In this document: in pieces, positions 8,257 to 16,547 of the stretch
How positions within the stretch are numbered: position 1 is the stretch's first letter
Layout: the number at the start of each line of letters is the position of its first letter
Translations under genes and position numbers: made by a program
DNA from: a virus
Lineage: Duplodnaviria > Heunggongvirae > Uroviricota > Caudoviricetes
DNA length: 25,518 nt
Strand: one strand, 5' to 3'
Virus record (IMG/VR): IMGVR_UViG_3300045988_091615
Location: 1 to 25,518 of that record
Notes under the pieces: model-generated
Told to the model about the DNA's origin: nothing
What the model saw: only the letters and a program-made list of their open reading frames with translations
The model's database searches: none

Positions 8257-8429
8257 GAATACCTCGCCGTGATGAATACAGGGCAAGGCTACTGAGTCGC
8301 GCCCCGCGATTCGCTAAGGTGCTGTTGTGTCAGTGATAAGCCATCCGGGACTGATGGCGGAGGATGCGCATCGTCGGGAAACTGATGCCGACATGTGACT
8401 CCTCTAATCACTATTCAGGACTCCTGACA

Positions 8430-9284
8430 ATGGCAAAAAAAGTCTCAAAATTCTTTCGTATCGGCGTTGAGGGTGACACCTGTGACGGGCGTGTCATCAG
8501 TGCGCAGGATATTCAGGAAATGGCCGAAACCTTTGACCCGCGTGTCTATGGTTGCCGCATTAACCTGGAACATCTGCGCGGCATCCTGCCTGACGGTATT
8601 TTTAAGCGTTATGGTGATGTGGCCGAACTGAAGGCCGAAAAGATTGACGATGATTCGGCGCTGAAAGGCAAATGGGCGCTGTTTGCGAAAATCACCCCGA
8701 CCGATGACCTTATCGCGATGAACAAGGCCGCGCAGAAGGTCTACACCTCAATGGAAATTCAGCCGAACTTTGCCAACACCGGCAAATGTTATCTGGTGGG
8801 GCTGGCCGTCACCGATGACCCGGCAAGCCTCGGCACGGAATACCTGGAATTCTGCCGCACGGCAAAACACAACCCTCTGAACCGCTTCAAATTAAGCTCT
8901 GAAAACCTGATTTCAGTGGCAACGCCCGTTGAGCTGGAATTTGAAGACCTGCCTGAAACCGTGTTCACCGCCCTGACCGAAAAGGTGAAATCCATTTTTG
9001 GCCGCAAACAGGCCAGCGATGACGCCCGTCTGAATGACGTGCATGAAGCGGTGACCGCTGTTGCTGAACATGTGCAGGAAAAACTGAGCGCCACTGAGCA
9101 GCGCCTCGCTGAGATGGAAACTGCCTTTTCCGCTCTTAAGCAGGAGGTGACTGACAGGGCGGATGAAACCAGCCAGGCATTCACCCGCCTGAAAAACAGT
9201 CTCGACCACACCGAAAGTCTGACCCAGCAGCGCCGCAGCAAGGCCACCGGTGGTGGCGGTGACGCCCTGATGACGAACTGCTGA
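8430..9284 (+). CDS. O: Capsid scaffolding protein, P2 gpO family
   Basis: Start ATG 8430 (MAKKVSKFF...) with AGGA 9 nt upstream gives 284 aa; the ORF-track start at 8364 is an upstream extension. First gene of the O-N-M-L block, divergent from P. Confidence 0.88.
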   Translation: MAKKVSKFFRIGVEGDTCDGRVISAQDIQEMAETFDPRVYGCRINLEHLRGILPDGIFKRYGDVAELKAEKIDDDSALKGKWALFAKITPTDDLIAMNKAAQKVYTSMEIQPNFANTGKCYLVGLAVTDDPASLGTEYLEFCRTAKHNPLNRFKLSSENLISVATPVELEFEDLPETVFTALTEKVKSIFGRKQASDDARLNDVHEAVTAVAEHVQEKLSATEQRLAEMETAFSALKQEVTDRADETSQAFTRLKNSLDHTESLTQQRRSKATGGGGDALMTNC

Positions 9285-9342
9285 CCGGCGTCAGTCAGTC
9301 CGGGAAAACCTTCACGATTAACCCTTAATTTCAGGAAAAACT

Positions 9343-10416
9343 ATGCGCCAGGAAACCCGCTTTAAATTTAATGCCTACCTGTCCCGTGTTGCCGAACTGA
9401 ACGGCATCGACGCCGGTGATGTGTCGAAAAAATTCACCGTTGAACCGTCGGTCACCCAGACCCTGATGAACACCATGCAGGAGTCCTCTGACTTTCTGAC
9501 CCGCATCAACATTGTGCCGGTCAGCGAAATGAAAGGGGAAAAAATTGGTATTGGTGTCACCGGCTCCATCGCCAGCACCACCGACACCGCCGGTGGCACC
9601 GAGCGTCAGCCGAAGGACTTCTCGAAGCTGGCGTCAAACAAGTACGAATGCGACCAGATTAACTTCGATTTTTATATCCGCTACAAAACGCTTGACCTGT
9701 GGGCGCGTTATCAGGATTTCCAGCTCCGTATCCGTAACGCCATTATCAAACGCCAGTCCCTTGATTTAATCATGGCCGGTTTTAACGGCGTGAAGCGTGC
9801 CGAAACCTCTGACCGCAGCAGCAATCCGATGCTGCAGGATGTGGCAGTCGGCTGGCTGCAGAAATACCGCAATGAAGCCCCGGCGCGCGTGATGAGCAAG
9901 GTTACTGACGAGGAAGGCCGCACCACCTCTGAGGTTATCCGCGTGGGTAAGGGCGGTGATTATGCCAGCCTTGATGCACTGGTGATGGATGCGACCAACA
10001 ACCTGATTGAGCCGTGGTATCAGGAAGACCCTGACCTTGTGGTGATTGTGGGGCGTCAGCTACTGGCGGACAAGTATTTCCCCATCGTCAACAAGGAGCA
10101 GGACAACAGCGAAATGCTGGCCGCTGACGTCATCATCAGCCAGAAACGCATCGGTAACCTGCCGGCGGTACGCGTCCCGTACTTCCCGGCGGATGCGATG
10201 CTCATCACGAAGCTGGAAAACCTGTCCATCTACTACATGGATGACAGCCATCGCCGCGTGATTGTGGAAAACCCGAAACTCGACCGCGTGGAGAACTACG
10301 AGTCAATGAACATTGATTACGTGGTGGAAGACTACGCCGCCGGTTGTCTGGTGGAAAAAATCAGGGTCGGTGATTTCTCCACACCGGCTAAGGCGACCGC
10401 AGAGCCGGGAGCGTAA
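9343..10416 (+). CDS. N: Major capsid protein, P2 gpN family
   Basis: 357 aa, AGGA upstream of ATG 9343. Translation (MRQETRFKFNAYLSRVAELNG...) recognisable as P2-type major capsid protein. Confidence 0.92.
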   Translation: MRQETRFKFNAYLSRVAELNGIDAGDVSKKFTVEPSVTQTLMNTMQESSDFLTRINIVPVSEMKGEKIGIGVTGSIASTTDTAGGTERQPKDFSKLASNKYECDQINFDFYIRYKTLDLWARYQDFQLRIRNAIIKRQSLDLIMAGFNGVKRAETSDRSSNPMLQDVAVGWLQKYRNEAPARVMSKVTDEEGRTTSEVIRVGKGGDYASLDALVMDATNNLIEPWYQEDPDLVVIVGRQLLADKYFPIVNKEQDNSEMLAADVIISQKRIGNLPAVRVPYFPADAMLITKLENLSIYYMDDSHRRVIVENPKLDRVENYESMNIDYVVEDYAAGCLVEKIRVGDFSTPAKATAEPGA

Positions 10417-10419
10417 CCG

Positions 10420-11157
10420 ATGACGAGTCCCGCACAGCGCCACATGATGCGGGTCTCGGCAGCGATGACCGCGCAGCGGGAAGCCGCCCCGCTGCGACAT
10501 GCAACTGTCTATGAGCAGATGCTGGTCAAGCTGGCCGCAGACCAGCGCACACTGAAAGCGATTTATTCAAAAGAGCTGAAGGCCGCGAAAAAACGCGAAC
10601 TGCTGCCGTTCTGGTTGCCGTGGGTGAACGGCGTGCTGGAGCAGGGCAAAGGTGCACAGGATGACATTCTGATGACGGTCATGCTGTGGCGTCTGGATAC
10701 CGGCGATATTGCCGGTGCGCTGGAGATTGCCCGTTATGCCCTGAAGTACGGTCTGACCATGCCGGGTAAACACCGCCGTACCCCGCCGTACATGTTCACC
10801 GAGGAGGTGGCGCTTGCGGCCATGCGCGCTCACGCTGCCGGTGAGTCTGTGGATCCCCGCCTGCTGACGGACACCCTTGAACTGACCGCCACGGCTGACA
10901 TGCCTGATGAAGTGCGCGCAAAGCTGCACAAAATCACCGGTCTGTTTCTGCGTGACGGTGGTGATGCCGCAGGTGCGCTGGCACACCTGCAACGTGCGAC
11001 ACAGCTCGACTGTCAGGCAGGCGTCAAAAAAGAGATTGAACGACTGGAGCGGGAGCTGAAACCGAAGCCGGAGCCAAAAGCGGTCACCCGCGCCCCGCGT
11101 AAGACCCGGAGTGCGACACCGGCAAAACGTGGACGCCCGAAAAAGAAAGCCAGTTAA
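10420..11157 (+). CDS. M: Terminase small (endonuclease) subunit, P2 gpM family
   Basis: 245 aa ORF starting 4 nt after the N stop, with a basic C-terminal tail (KTRSATPAKRGRPKKKAS), in the position of P2 M. Confidence 0.85.
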   Translation: MTSPAQRHMMRVSAAMTAQREAAPLRHATVYEQMLVKLAADQRTLKAIYSKELKAAKKRELLPFWLPWVNGVLEQGKGAQDDILMTVMLWRLDTGDIAGALEIARYALKYGLTMPGKHRRTPPYMFTEEVALAAMRAHAAGESVDPRLLTDTLELTATADMPDEVRAKLHKITGLFLRDGGDAAGALAHLQRATQLDCQAGVKKEIERLERELKPKPEPKAVTRAPRKTRSATPAKRGRPKKKAS

Positions 11158-11255
11158 CAACGAATGCGCCCCGCGCCAGGGCGGCACGCCGGTCAGTGAG
11201 GGTGAATCACCTGACGCTGTACCGGCGTCCACCGCCCGACTTTTCAGAGGTAGTC

Positions 11256-11765
11256 ATGATGACGCTGATTATTCCGCGAAAGGAGGCTCCCGTGTCCGGT
11301 GAGGGTACGGTGGTCATCCCGCAACCGGCAGGCGACGAGCCGGTGATTAAAAACACGTTCTTTTTTCCCGATATCGACCCGAAGCGCGTCCGGGAACGTA
11401 TGCGCCTTGAGCAGACCGTCGCCCCCGCCCGTCTGCGAGAGGCCATCAAGTCAGGCATGGCGGAGACGAATGCGGAGCTGTACGAGTACCGCGAACAGAA
11501 AATTGCCGCCGGTTTTACGCGTCTGGCGGACGTCCCGGCGGACGACATCGACGGTGAAAGCATCAAGGTTTTTTACTACGAGCGCGCTGTGTGTGCGATG
11601 GCGACCGCGTCGCTTTATGAGCGTTATCGCGGCGTGGATGCCAGTGCGAAAGGCGACAAGAAGGCTGACAGCATTGACAGCACCATTGATGAACTGTGGC
11701 GGGATATGCGCTGGGCGGTGGCGCGCATCCAGGACAAGCCGCGCTGCATCGTGAGTCAAATCTGA
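11256..11765 (+). CDS. L: Head completion/stabilisation protein, P2 gpL family
   Basis: ATG 11256 with GAGG 5 nt upstream gives 169 aa; the track start at 11196 is an extension. Stop overlaps the X start (TGATG). Confidence 0.85.
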   Translation: MMTLIIPRKEAPVSGEGTVVIPQPAGDEPVIKNTFFFPDIDPKRVRERMRLEQTVAPARLREAIKSGMAETNAELYEYREQKIAAGFTRLADVPADDIDGESIKVFYYERAVCAMATASLYERYRGVDASAKGDKKADSIDSTIDELWRDMRWAVARIQDKPRCIVSQI

Positions 11766-11968
11766 TGAAGACCTTTGCGCTACAGGGCGACACGCTCGAC
11801 GCCATTTGTGTCCGGTATTACGGGCGCACTGAGGGCGTGGTTGAGACCGTGCTCGCCGCAAATCCGGGACTGGCTGAACTGGGTGCGGTGCTGCCACACG
11901 GCACCGCTGTCGAACTGCCCGACGTTCAGACCGCGCCCGTGGCTGGAACTGTCAATCTGTGGGAGTAA
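11765..11968 (+). CDS. X: Tail protein X (LysM-like), P2 gpX family
   Basis: ATG 11765 gives 67 aa (MKTFALQGDTLDAICVRYYGRTEG...); the track ORF from 11696 is an N-terminal extension in the same frame. Confidence 0.8.
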   Translation: MKTFALQGDTLDAICVRYYGRTEGVVETVLAANPGLAELGAVLPHGTAVELPDVQTAPVAGTVNLWE

Positions 11969-11971
11969 CGC

Positions 11972-12253
11972 ATGACAGCAGAAGAAAAAAGCGTCCTGTC
12001 GCTTTTCATGATTGGGGTGCTGATTGTTGTCGGCAAGGTGCTTGCCGGTGGTGAACCCATCACCCCGCGTCTGTTTATCGGGCGCATGTTGCTCGGTGGT
12101 TTTGTCTCGATGGTTGCCGGTGTTGTTCTGGTGCAGTTTCCTGACCTGTCACTGCCTGCGGTGTGCGGCATCGGCTCCATGCTGGGTATCGCCGGTTATC
12201 AGGTGATTGAGATTGCCATTCAGCGCCGCTTTAAGGGCAGGGGGAAACCGTAA
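11972..12253 (+). CDS. Y: Holin, P2 gpY family
   Basis: 93 aa, GGGAG upstream, hydrophobic segments (LSLFMIGVLIVVGKVLAGG; GGFVSMVAGVVLVQF), immediately upstream of the endolysin. Confidence 0.85.
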   Translation: MTAEEKSVLSLFMIGVLIVVGKVLAGGEPITPRLFIGRMLLGGFVSMVAGVVLVQFPDLSLPAVCGIGSMLGIAGYQVIEIAIQRRFKGRGKP

Positions 12254-12750
12254 TGCCGGTAATTAACACGCATCAGAATATCGCCGCCTTTCTCGACATG
12301 CTGGCCGTGTCCGAAGGGACGGCGAATCATCCGCTGACGAAAAACCGGGGCTATGACGTGATAGTCACCGGACTGGACGGAAAGCCGGAAATCTTCACCG
12401 ACTACAGTGACCACCCGTTCGCGCATGGCCGACCGGCGAAGGTGTTTAACCGTCGCGGTGAAAAATCCACGGCCTCCGGTCGCTATCAGCAGCTTTACCT
12501 GTTCTGGCCGCACTACCGCAAACAGCTTGCCCTGCCGGATTTCAGTCCGTTGTCACAGGACAGACTTGCCATTCAGTTGATCCGCGAACGCGGTGCACTG
12601 GATGACATCCGGGCGGGACGCATTGAGCGCGCCATTTCACGCTGTCGCAATATCTGGGCGTCCCTGCCGGGTGCCGGTTACGGTCAGCGTGAGCATTCAC
12701 TGGAAAAACTGGTCACCGTCTGGCGTACCGCTGGCGGCGTACCGGCTTAA
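12253..12750 (+). CDS. K: Endolysin (lysozyme), P2 gpK family
   Basis: 165 aa; start overlaps the Y stop (TAATG). N-terminus MPVINTHQNIAAFLDMLAVSEGT is typical of P2-type lysozyme. Confidence 0.9.
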   Translation: MPVINTHQNIAAFLDMLAVSEGTANHPLTKNRGYDVIVTGLDGKPEIFTDYSDHPFAHGRPAKVFNRRGEKSTASGRYQQLYLFWPHYRKQLALPDFSPLSQDRLAIQLIRERGALDDIRAGRIERAISRCRNIWASLPGAGYGQREHSLEKLVTVWRTAGGVPA

Positions 12751-12764
12751 ACGGAGTAAACACC

Positions 12765-13190
12765 ATGAAGAAATTATCCCTTTCACTGATGCTGAACGTG
12801 TCGCTGGCGCTGATGCTGGCACTGTCCCTGATTTACCCGCAGAGCGTGGCCGTCAGTTTTGTCGCCGCCTGGGCGATTCTGGCGACGGTTACCTGTGTGG
12901 TTGCCGGTGGTGTCGGCGTGTATGCCACTGAGTATGTGCTGGAACGCTACGGGCGGGAGCTGCCGCCGGAATCGCTGGCCGTGAAGATTGTCGCGTCGCT
13001 GTTTTTGCAGCCGGTGCCGTGGTGCAGACGGGCGGCGGCTCTGGTGGTGATGGTGGCGACATTTATCTCGCTGGTCGCTGCCGGGTGGATTTTTACCGCG
13101 CTGATTTATCTCGTGGCGTCGGTGTTCTTCCGGCTGATACGTAAGGCCTGCCGTCAGCGTCTTGAGGGGCGGGAACCATGTCAAAGCTGA
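12765..13190 (+). CDS. lysA: Lysis regulatory membrane protein LysA
   Basis: 141 aa, strongly hydrophobic multi-helix protein, in the position of P2 lysA after K. Confidence 0.8.
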   Translation: MKKLSLSLMLNVSLALMLALSLIYPQSVAVSFVAAWAILATVTCVVAGGVGVYATEYVLERYGRELPPESLAVKIVASLFLQPVPWCRRAAALVVMVATFISLVAAGWIFTALIYLVASVFFRLIRKACRQRLEGREPCQS

Positions 13191-13603
13191 TGATTGTGAT
13201 GGTTGTGTTGTTATCGCTGGCGGTGGTGGGGCTGTTTCTGGCGAAGCATGAAAACGCCAGCCTGTGCGCCTCGCTGGACAGGGTGAACAACGTCGCCAGT
13301 GAACAGCAGACGACCATCACCATGCTGAAAAATCAGCTTCATGTTGCCCTCACCAGGGCAGACAAAAACGAGCTGGCGCAGGTGGCTCTGCGTCAGGAGC
13401 TGGAGAACGCCGCGAAGCGTGAAGCACAGCGCGAGAAAACCATCACGAGGTTACTCAATGAAAACGAAGATTTTCGCCGCTGGTATGGTGCTGACCTGCC
13501 TGATGCTGTGCGCCGGTTGCACCAGCGTCCGGCCTGCACTGACGCCAGTGATTGTCCACAACGCCTGCCCGAAAGTGAGCCTTTGCCCGATGCCGGGCAG
13601 TGA
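13178..13603 (+). CDS. lysB: LysB, Rz-like inner-membrane spanin
   Basis: 141 aa with an N-terminal transmembrane helix (LMIVMVVLLSLAVVGLFLA) followed by a charged coiled-coil-like region. Overlaps the lysA stop. Confidence 0.8.
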   Translation: MSKLMIVMVVLLSLAVVGLFLAKHENASLCASLDRVNNVASEQQTTITMLKNQLHVALTRADKNELAQVALRQELENAAKREAQREKTITRLLNENEDFRRWYGADLPDAVRRLHQRPACTDASDCPQRLPESEPLPDAGQ

Positions 13604-13748
13604 CCCGGAGACGAACGGCGATTTAAGTGCCGATATCCGGCAGCTTGAGAACGCGCTGGCACGCTGTGCCAGCCAGGTAAAAATGATTAAACACTGTCAG
13701 GACGAAAACGATGCTCAAACCCGACAGCCTGCGCAGGGCGTTGACTGA
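13458..13748 (+). CDS. lysC: LysC, Rz1-like outer-membrane lipoprotein spanin, embedded in the +1 frame of lysB
   Basis: ATG 13458 gives 96 aa beginning MKTKIFAAGMVLTCLMLCAGC (signal peptide with lipobox LCAGC). The track ORF from 13341 is an upstream extension of the same frame. Confidence 0.75.
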   Translation: MKTKIFAAGMVLTCLMLCAGCTSVRPALTPVIVHNACPKVSLCPMPGSDPETNGDLSADIRQLENALARCASQVKMIKHCQDENDAQTRQPAQGVD

Positions 13749-14178
13749 TGCCGTCACGGTGCTGAAAACTAACCCCGAGATGCTGCGGATATTCGTGGAT
13801 AACGGGAGTATTGCCTCCACGCTGGCGGCGTCGTTGTCATTCGAAAAGCGTTACACGCTCAATGTCATTGTGACCGACTTTACCGGTGATTTTGACCTGC
13901 TCATTGTGCCGGTGCTGGCGTGGCTGCGGGAAAATCAGCCCGACATCATGACCACCGACGCAGGCCAGAAAAAGGGCTTCACGTTTTATGCAGACATCAA
14001 CAATGACAGCAGCTTTGATATCAGCATCAGCCTGATGCTGACCGAGCGCACGCTGGTCAGTGAGGTGGACGGCGCGCTGCATGTGAAGAATATCCCGGAA
14101 CCCCCGCCGCCGGAGCCGGTCAACCGCCCGATGGAGCTTTATATCAATGGCGAACTGGTGAGCAAGTGGGATGAATGA
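13711..14178 (+). CDS. R: Tail completion protein, P2 gpR family
   Basis: 155 aa, matching P2 R length and position. Confidence 0.85.
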   Translation: MLKPDSLRRALTDAVTVLKTNPEMLRIFVDNGSIASTLAASLSFEKRYTLNVIVTDFTGDFDLLIVPVLAWLRENQPDIMTTDAGQKKGFTFYADINNDSSFDISISLMLTERTLVSEVDGALHVKNIPEPPPPEPVNRPMELYINGELVSKWDE

Positions 14179-14623
14179 GTTTAAGCGTTTTGAAGACCGG
14201 CTGACCGGACTGATTGAATCGCTGTCACCGTCAGGGCGTCGGCGACTGAGTGCCGAACTGGCGAAACGTCTGCGGCAGAGTCAGCAGCGTCGGGTGATGG
14301 CTCAGAAAGCCCCCGACGGCACACCCTACGCACCACGCCAGCAGCAGAGCGCCAGAAAAAAGACCGGTCGTGTTAAGCGAAAAATGTTTGCGAAACTTAT
14401 CACCAGTCGTTTTTTGCATATCCGCGCCAGCCCGGAACAGGCATCAATGGAATTTTACGGCGGGAAGTCGCCGAAAATCGCCAGTGTGCATCAGTTCGGT
14501 CTGTCGGAAGAAACCCGGAAAGACGGTAAGAAAATTGATTATCCGGCGCGTCCTCTGCTCGGCTTTACCGGTGAGGATGTGCAGATGATTGAAGAGATTA
14601 TCCTGGCTCACCTTGAGCGTTAG
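14171..14623 (+). CDS. S: Tail completion protein, P2 gpS family
   Basis: 150 aa; start overlaps the R stop; matches P2 S length and position. Confidence 0.85.
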   Translation: MNEFKRFEDRLTGLIESLSPSGRRRLSAELAKRLRQSQQRRVMAQKAPDGTPYAPRQQQSARKKTGRVKRKMFAKLITSRFLHIRASPEQASMEFYGGKSPKIASVHQFGLSEETRKDGKKIDYPARPLLGFTGEDVQMIEEIILAHLER

Positions 14624-14653
14624 TTTTATCCAGGCAGAGGCTGATGCGCAATT

Positions 14654-14688
14654 AAACATTGAGCGGCCATGCTGGTCGCTCAATGTTT
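14654..14688. terminator. Strong hairpin between convergent S and the S-V cargo gene (possible bidirectional terminator)
   Basis: Perfect 12-bp inverted repeat AAACATTGAGCG (14654-14665) / CGCTCAATGTTT (14677-14688) with an 11-nt loop, 31 nt after the S stop and 7 nt after the stop of the minus-strand cargo gene. T-tract weak on both strands. Confidence 0.5.
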
Positions 14689-14694
14689 AGAGGT

Positions 14695-15480
14695 TTATGA
14701 GTGATTTTTATTTGATGCTTTGTATTCTAAAACCTTCTTATTGGCGTAAAAGAATTTTGTATATGACAGGAATATAACCAGACCTGAAGTGAAATAGACG
14801 AGGGATAGTATTAATAATGCTTTTTTGTGACTGTTATTATCTTTAATCTCCTGGCTTAACCATTCGGAGTCCTCCTCGTTTAGCTGTAAGAGCTTATTGC
14901 AGGCGATCTCAGGAAGTGTGTCTTTTATAAATACGTTTCGTAGCCTCTTGCAATCGGCAAGGCTATAAGTTTTATTGAATTCAACTGTTTTATTGTTGAA
15001 GGATAAAAGAACTTTGTCACTATAAACATAGTACATCATATTTTTATATGGTATGCCTATGGCATCTCTTACTATAGCGGATTGTTTGTTGTGTATATAA
15101 CATGCGAGGAGAATGTAAAAAATACTGGCCAGAATTACAATTATTGTTTTAATTATGTGTGGTGGTTTTGTTATGTCACCCCAGATGCGAGTAAGGAAAA
15201 AATACGATGTTTTTAGTTTTCCATCAATCAGTCCCTGCTGTATCATTCTCACATTTTCAATGCCTGATACATTGATTCCGTTAATTATTTTAAATAGTTG
15301 AATGTCGCGCCACTCGCGGTCAAGTCTTTTTAATTTTTTGTCTGAATATCCAAAATTGAAATAATGTGCAATAAGCCTCATAAGGTTACTTTTACCAAAG
15401 CTAAAAAATGCTAATACTGCAAAGCTACAAAGGAAAAAAACGATTAGCCCCCACACATTAGTCACATTATAGCTGACCAT
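14695..15480 (-). CDS. Cargo: predicted three-helix membrane protein (261 aa), unknown function
   Basis: Minus-strand ORF with a strong RBS (AAGGAG 6 nt upstream of the ATG ending at 15480), very AT-rich. Three hydrophobic stretches (VWGLIVFFLCSFAVLAFFSF; IIKTIIVILASIFYILLACYI; ALLILSLVYFTSGLVIFLSY). Inserted in opposite orientation between S and V. Confidence 0.8.
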   Translation of the reverse strand: MVSYNVTNVWGLIVFFLCSFAVLAFFSFGKSNLMRLIAHYFNFGYSDKKLKRLDREWRDIQLFKIINGINVSGIENVRMIQQGLIDGKLKTSYFFLTRIWGDITKPPHIIKTIIVILASIFYILLACYIHNKQSAIVRDAIGIPYKNMMYYVYSDKVLLSFNNKTVEFNKTYSLADCKRLRNVFIKDTLPEIACNKLLQLNEEDSEWLSQEIKDNNSHKKALLILSLVYFTSGLVIFLSYTKFFYANKKVLEYKASNKNHS

Positions 15481-15563
15481 TACGCTCTCCTTGAATGTTG
15501 TCTGGTAGTTCTACAAATGAATCCAGATAGCATAACTTTTATATATTGTGCAATCTCACATGC

Positions 15564-16199
15564 ATGAACACTCTCGCAAATATTCAGGAACTCGCGCGCG
15601 CACTGCGCAACATGATTCGCACCGGCATTATCGTCGAAACCGACCTTAACGCCGGTCGCTGCCGTGTGCAGACCGGCGGCATGTGCACTGACTGGCTTCA
15701 GTGGCTGACCCATCGTGCCGGTCGTTCGCGCACATGGTGGGCACCTTCCGTGGGGGAGCAGGTGCTGATTCTGGCCGTGGGCGGTGAACTCGACACGGCG
15801 TTCGTTCTGCCGGGGATTTATTCCGGCGATAACCCCTCGCCGTCTGTGTCGGCGGATGCCCTGCATATCCGTTTCCCTGACGGGGCGGTGATTGAATATG
15901 AACCCGAAACCAGTGCACTCACGGTAAGCGGAATTAAAACGGCCAGCGTGACGGCTTCTGATTCTGTTACTGCCACGGTGCCGGTGGTCATGGTGAAAGC
16001 ATCAACCCGCGTCACCCTGGACACCCCGGAGGTGGTCTGCACCAACAGGCTGATTACCGGCACGCTGGAAGTGCAGAAGGGCGGGACGATGCGCGGCAAC
16101 ATTGAACACACCGGCGGTGAACTCTCATCAAACGGTAAGGTACTGCATACCCATAAACACCCCGGCGACAGCGGCGGCACAACCGGGAGTCCTTTATGA
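15564..16199 (+). CDS. V: Baseplate assembly/spike protein, P2 gpV family
   Basis: ATG 15564 gives 211 aa (MNTLANIQELARALRNMIRTG...); the track start at 15546 is a TTG. Stop overlaps the W start (ATGA). Confidence 0.88.
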   Translation: MNTLANIQELARALRNMIRTGIIVETDLNAGRCRVQTGGMCTDWLQWLTHRAGRSRTWWAPSVGEQVLILAVGGELDTAFVLPGIYSGDNPSPSVSADALHIRFPDGAVIEYEPETSALTVSGIKTASVTASDSVTATVPVVMVKASTRVTLDTPEVVCTNRLITGTLEVQKGGTMRGNIEHTGGELSSNGKVLHTHKHPGDSGGTTGSPL

Positions 16200-16543
16200 C
16201 AGCGCGTTATCTCGGAATGAATCGCAGTGATGGCCTGACTGTCACTGACCTTGAGCATATCAGCCAGAGTATCGGCGATATCCTGCGCACACCGGTCGGC
16301 TCACGGGTGATGCGTCGTGATTACGGCTCGTTGCTGGCATCAATGATTGACCAGCCGCAGACCCCGGCGCTTGAGTTGCAGATTAAGGTCGCCTGTTACA
16401 TGGCGGTGCTGAAATGGGAACCCCGCGTCACCCTGTCATCCGTCACCACTGAGCGCAGTTTTGACGGGCGAATGACGGTCACGTTAACCGGCCAGCACAA
16501 CGACACCGGCCAGCCACTTTCGTTAACCATCCCTGTGAGTTGA
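16196..16543 (+). CDS. W: Baseplate wedge protein, P2 gpW family
   Basis: 115 aa, coupled to V and followed by J, as in P2. Confidence 0.88.
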   Translation: MTARYLGMNRSDGLTVTDLEHISQSIGDILRTPVGSRVMRRDYGSLLASMIDQPQTPALELQIKVACYMAVLKWEPRVTLSSVTTERSFDGRMTVTLTGQHNDTGQPLSLTIPVS

Positions 16544-16547
16544 AACC

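Noticed and set aside
10567-11232. 221-aa minus-strand ORF antisense to M
   Set aside because: Antisense shadow of the terminase small-subunit gene; low-complexity translation; no independent start signal.
15496-15515. Near-match to a TGT-N12-ACA late-promoter dyad upstream of V
   Set aside because: Spacing is N11, not N12, and the position relative to a plausible -10 is off; not called as a feature.
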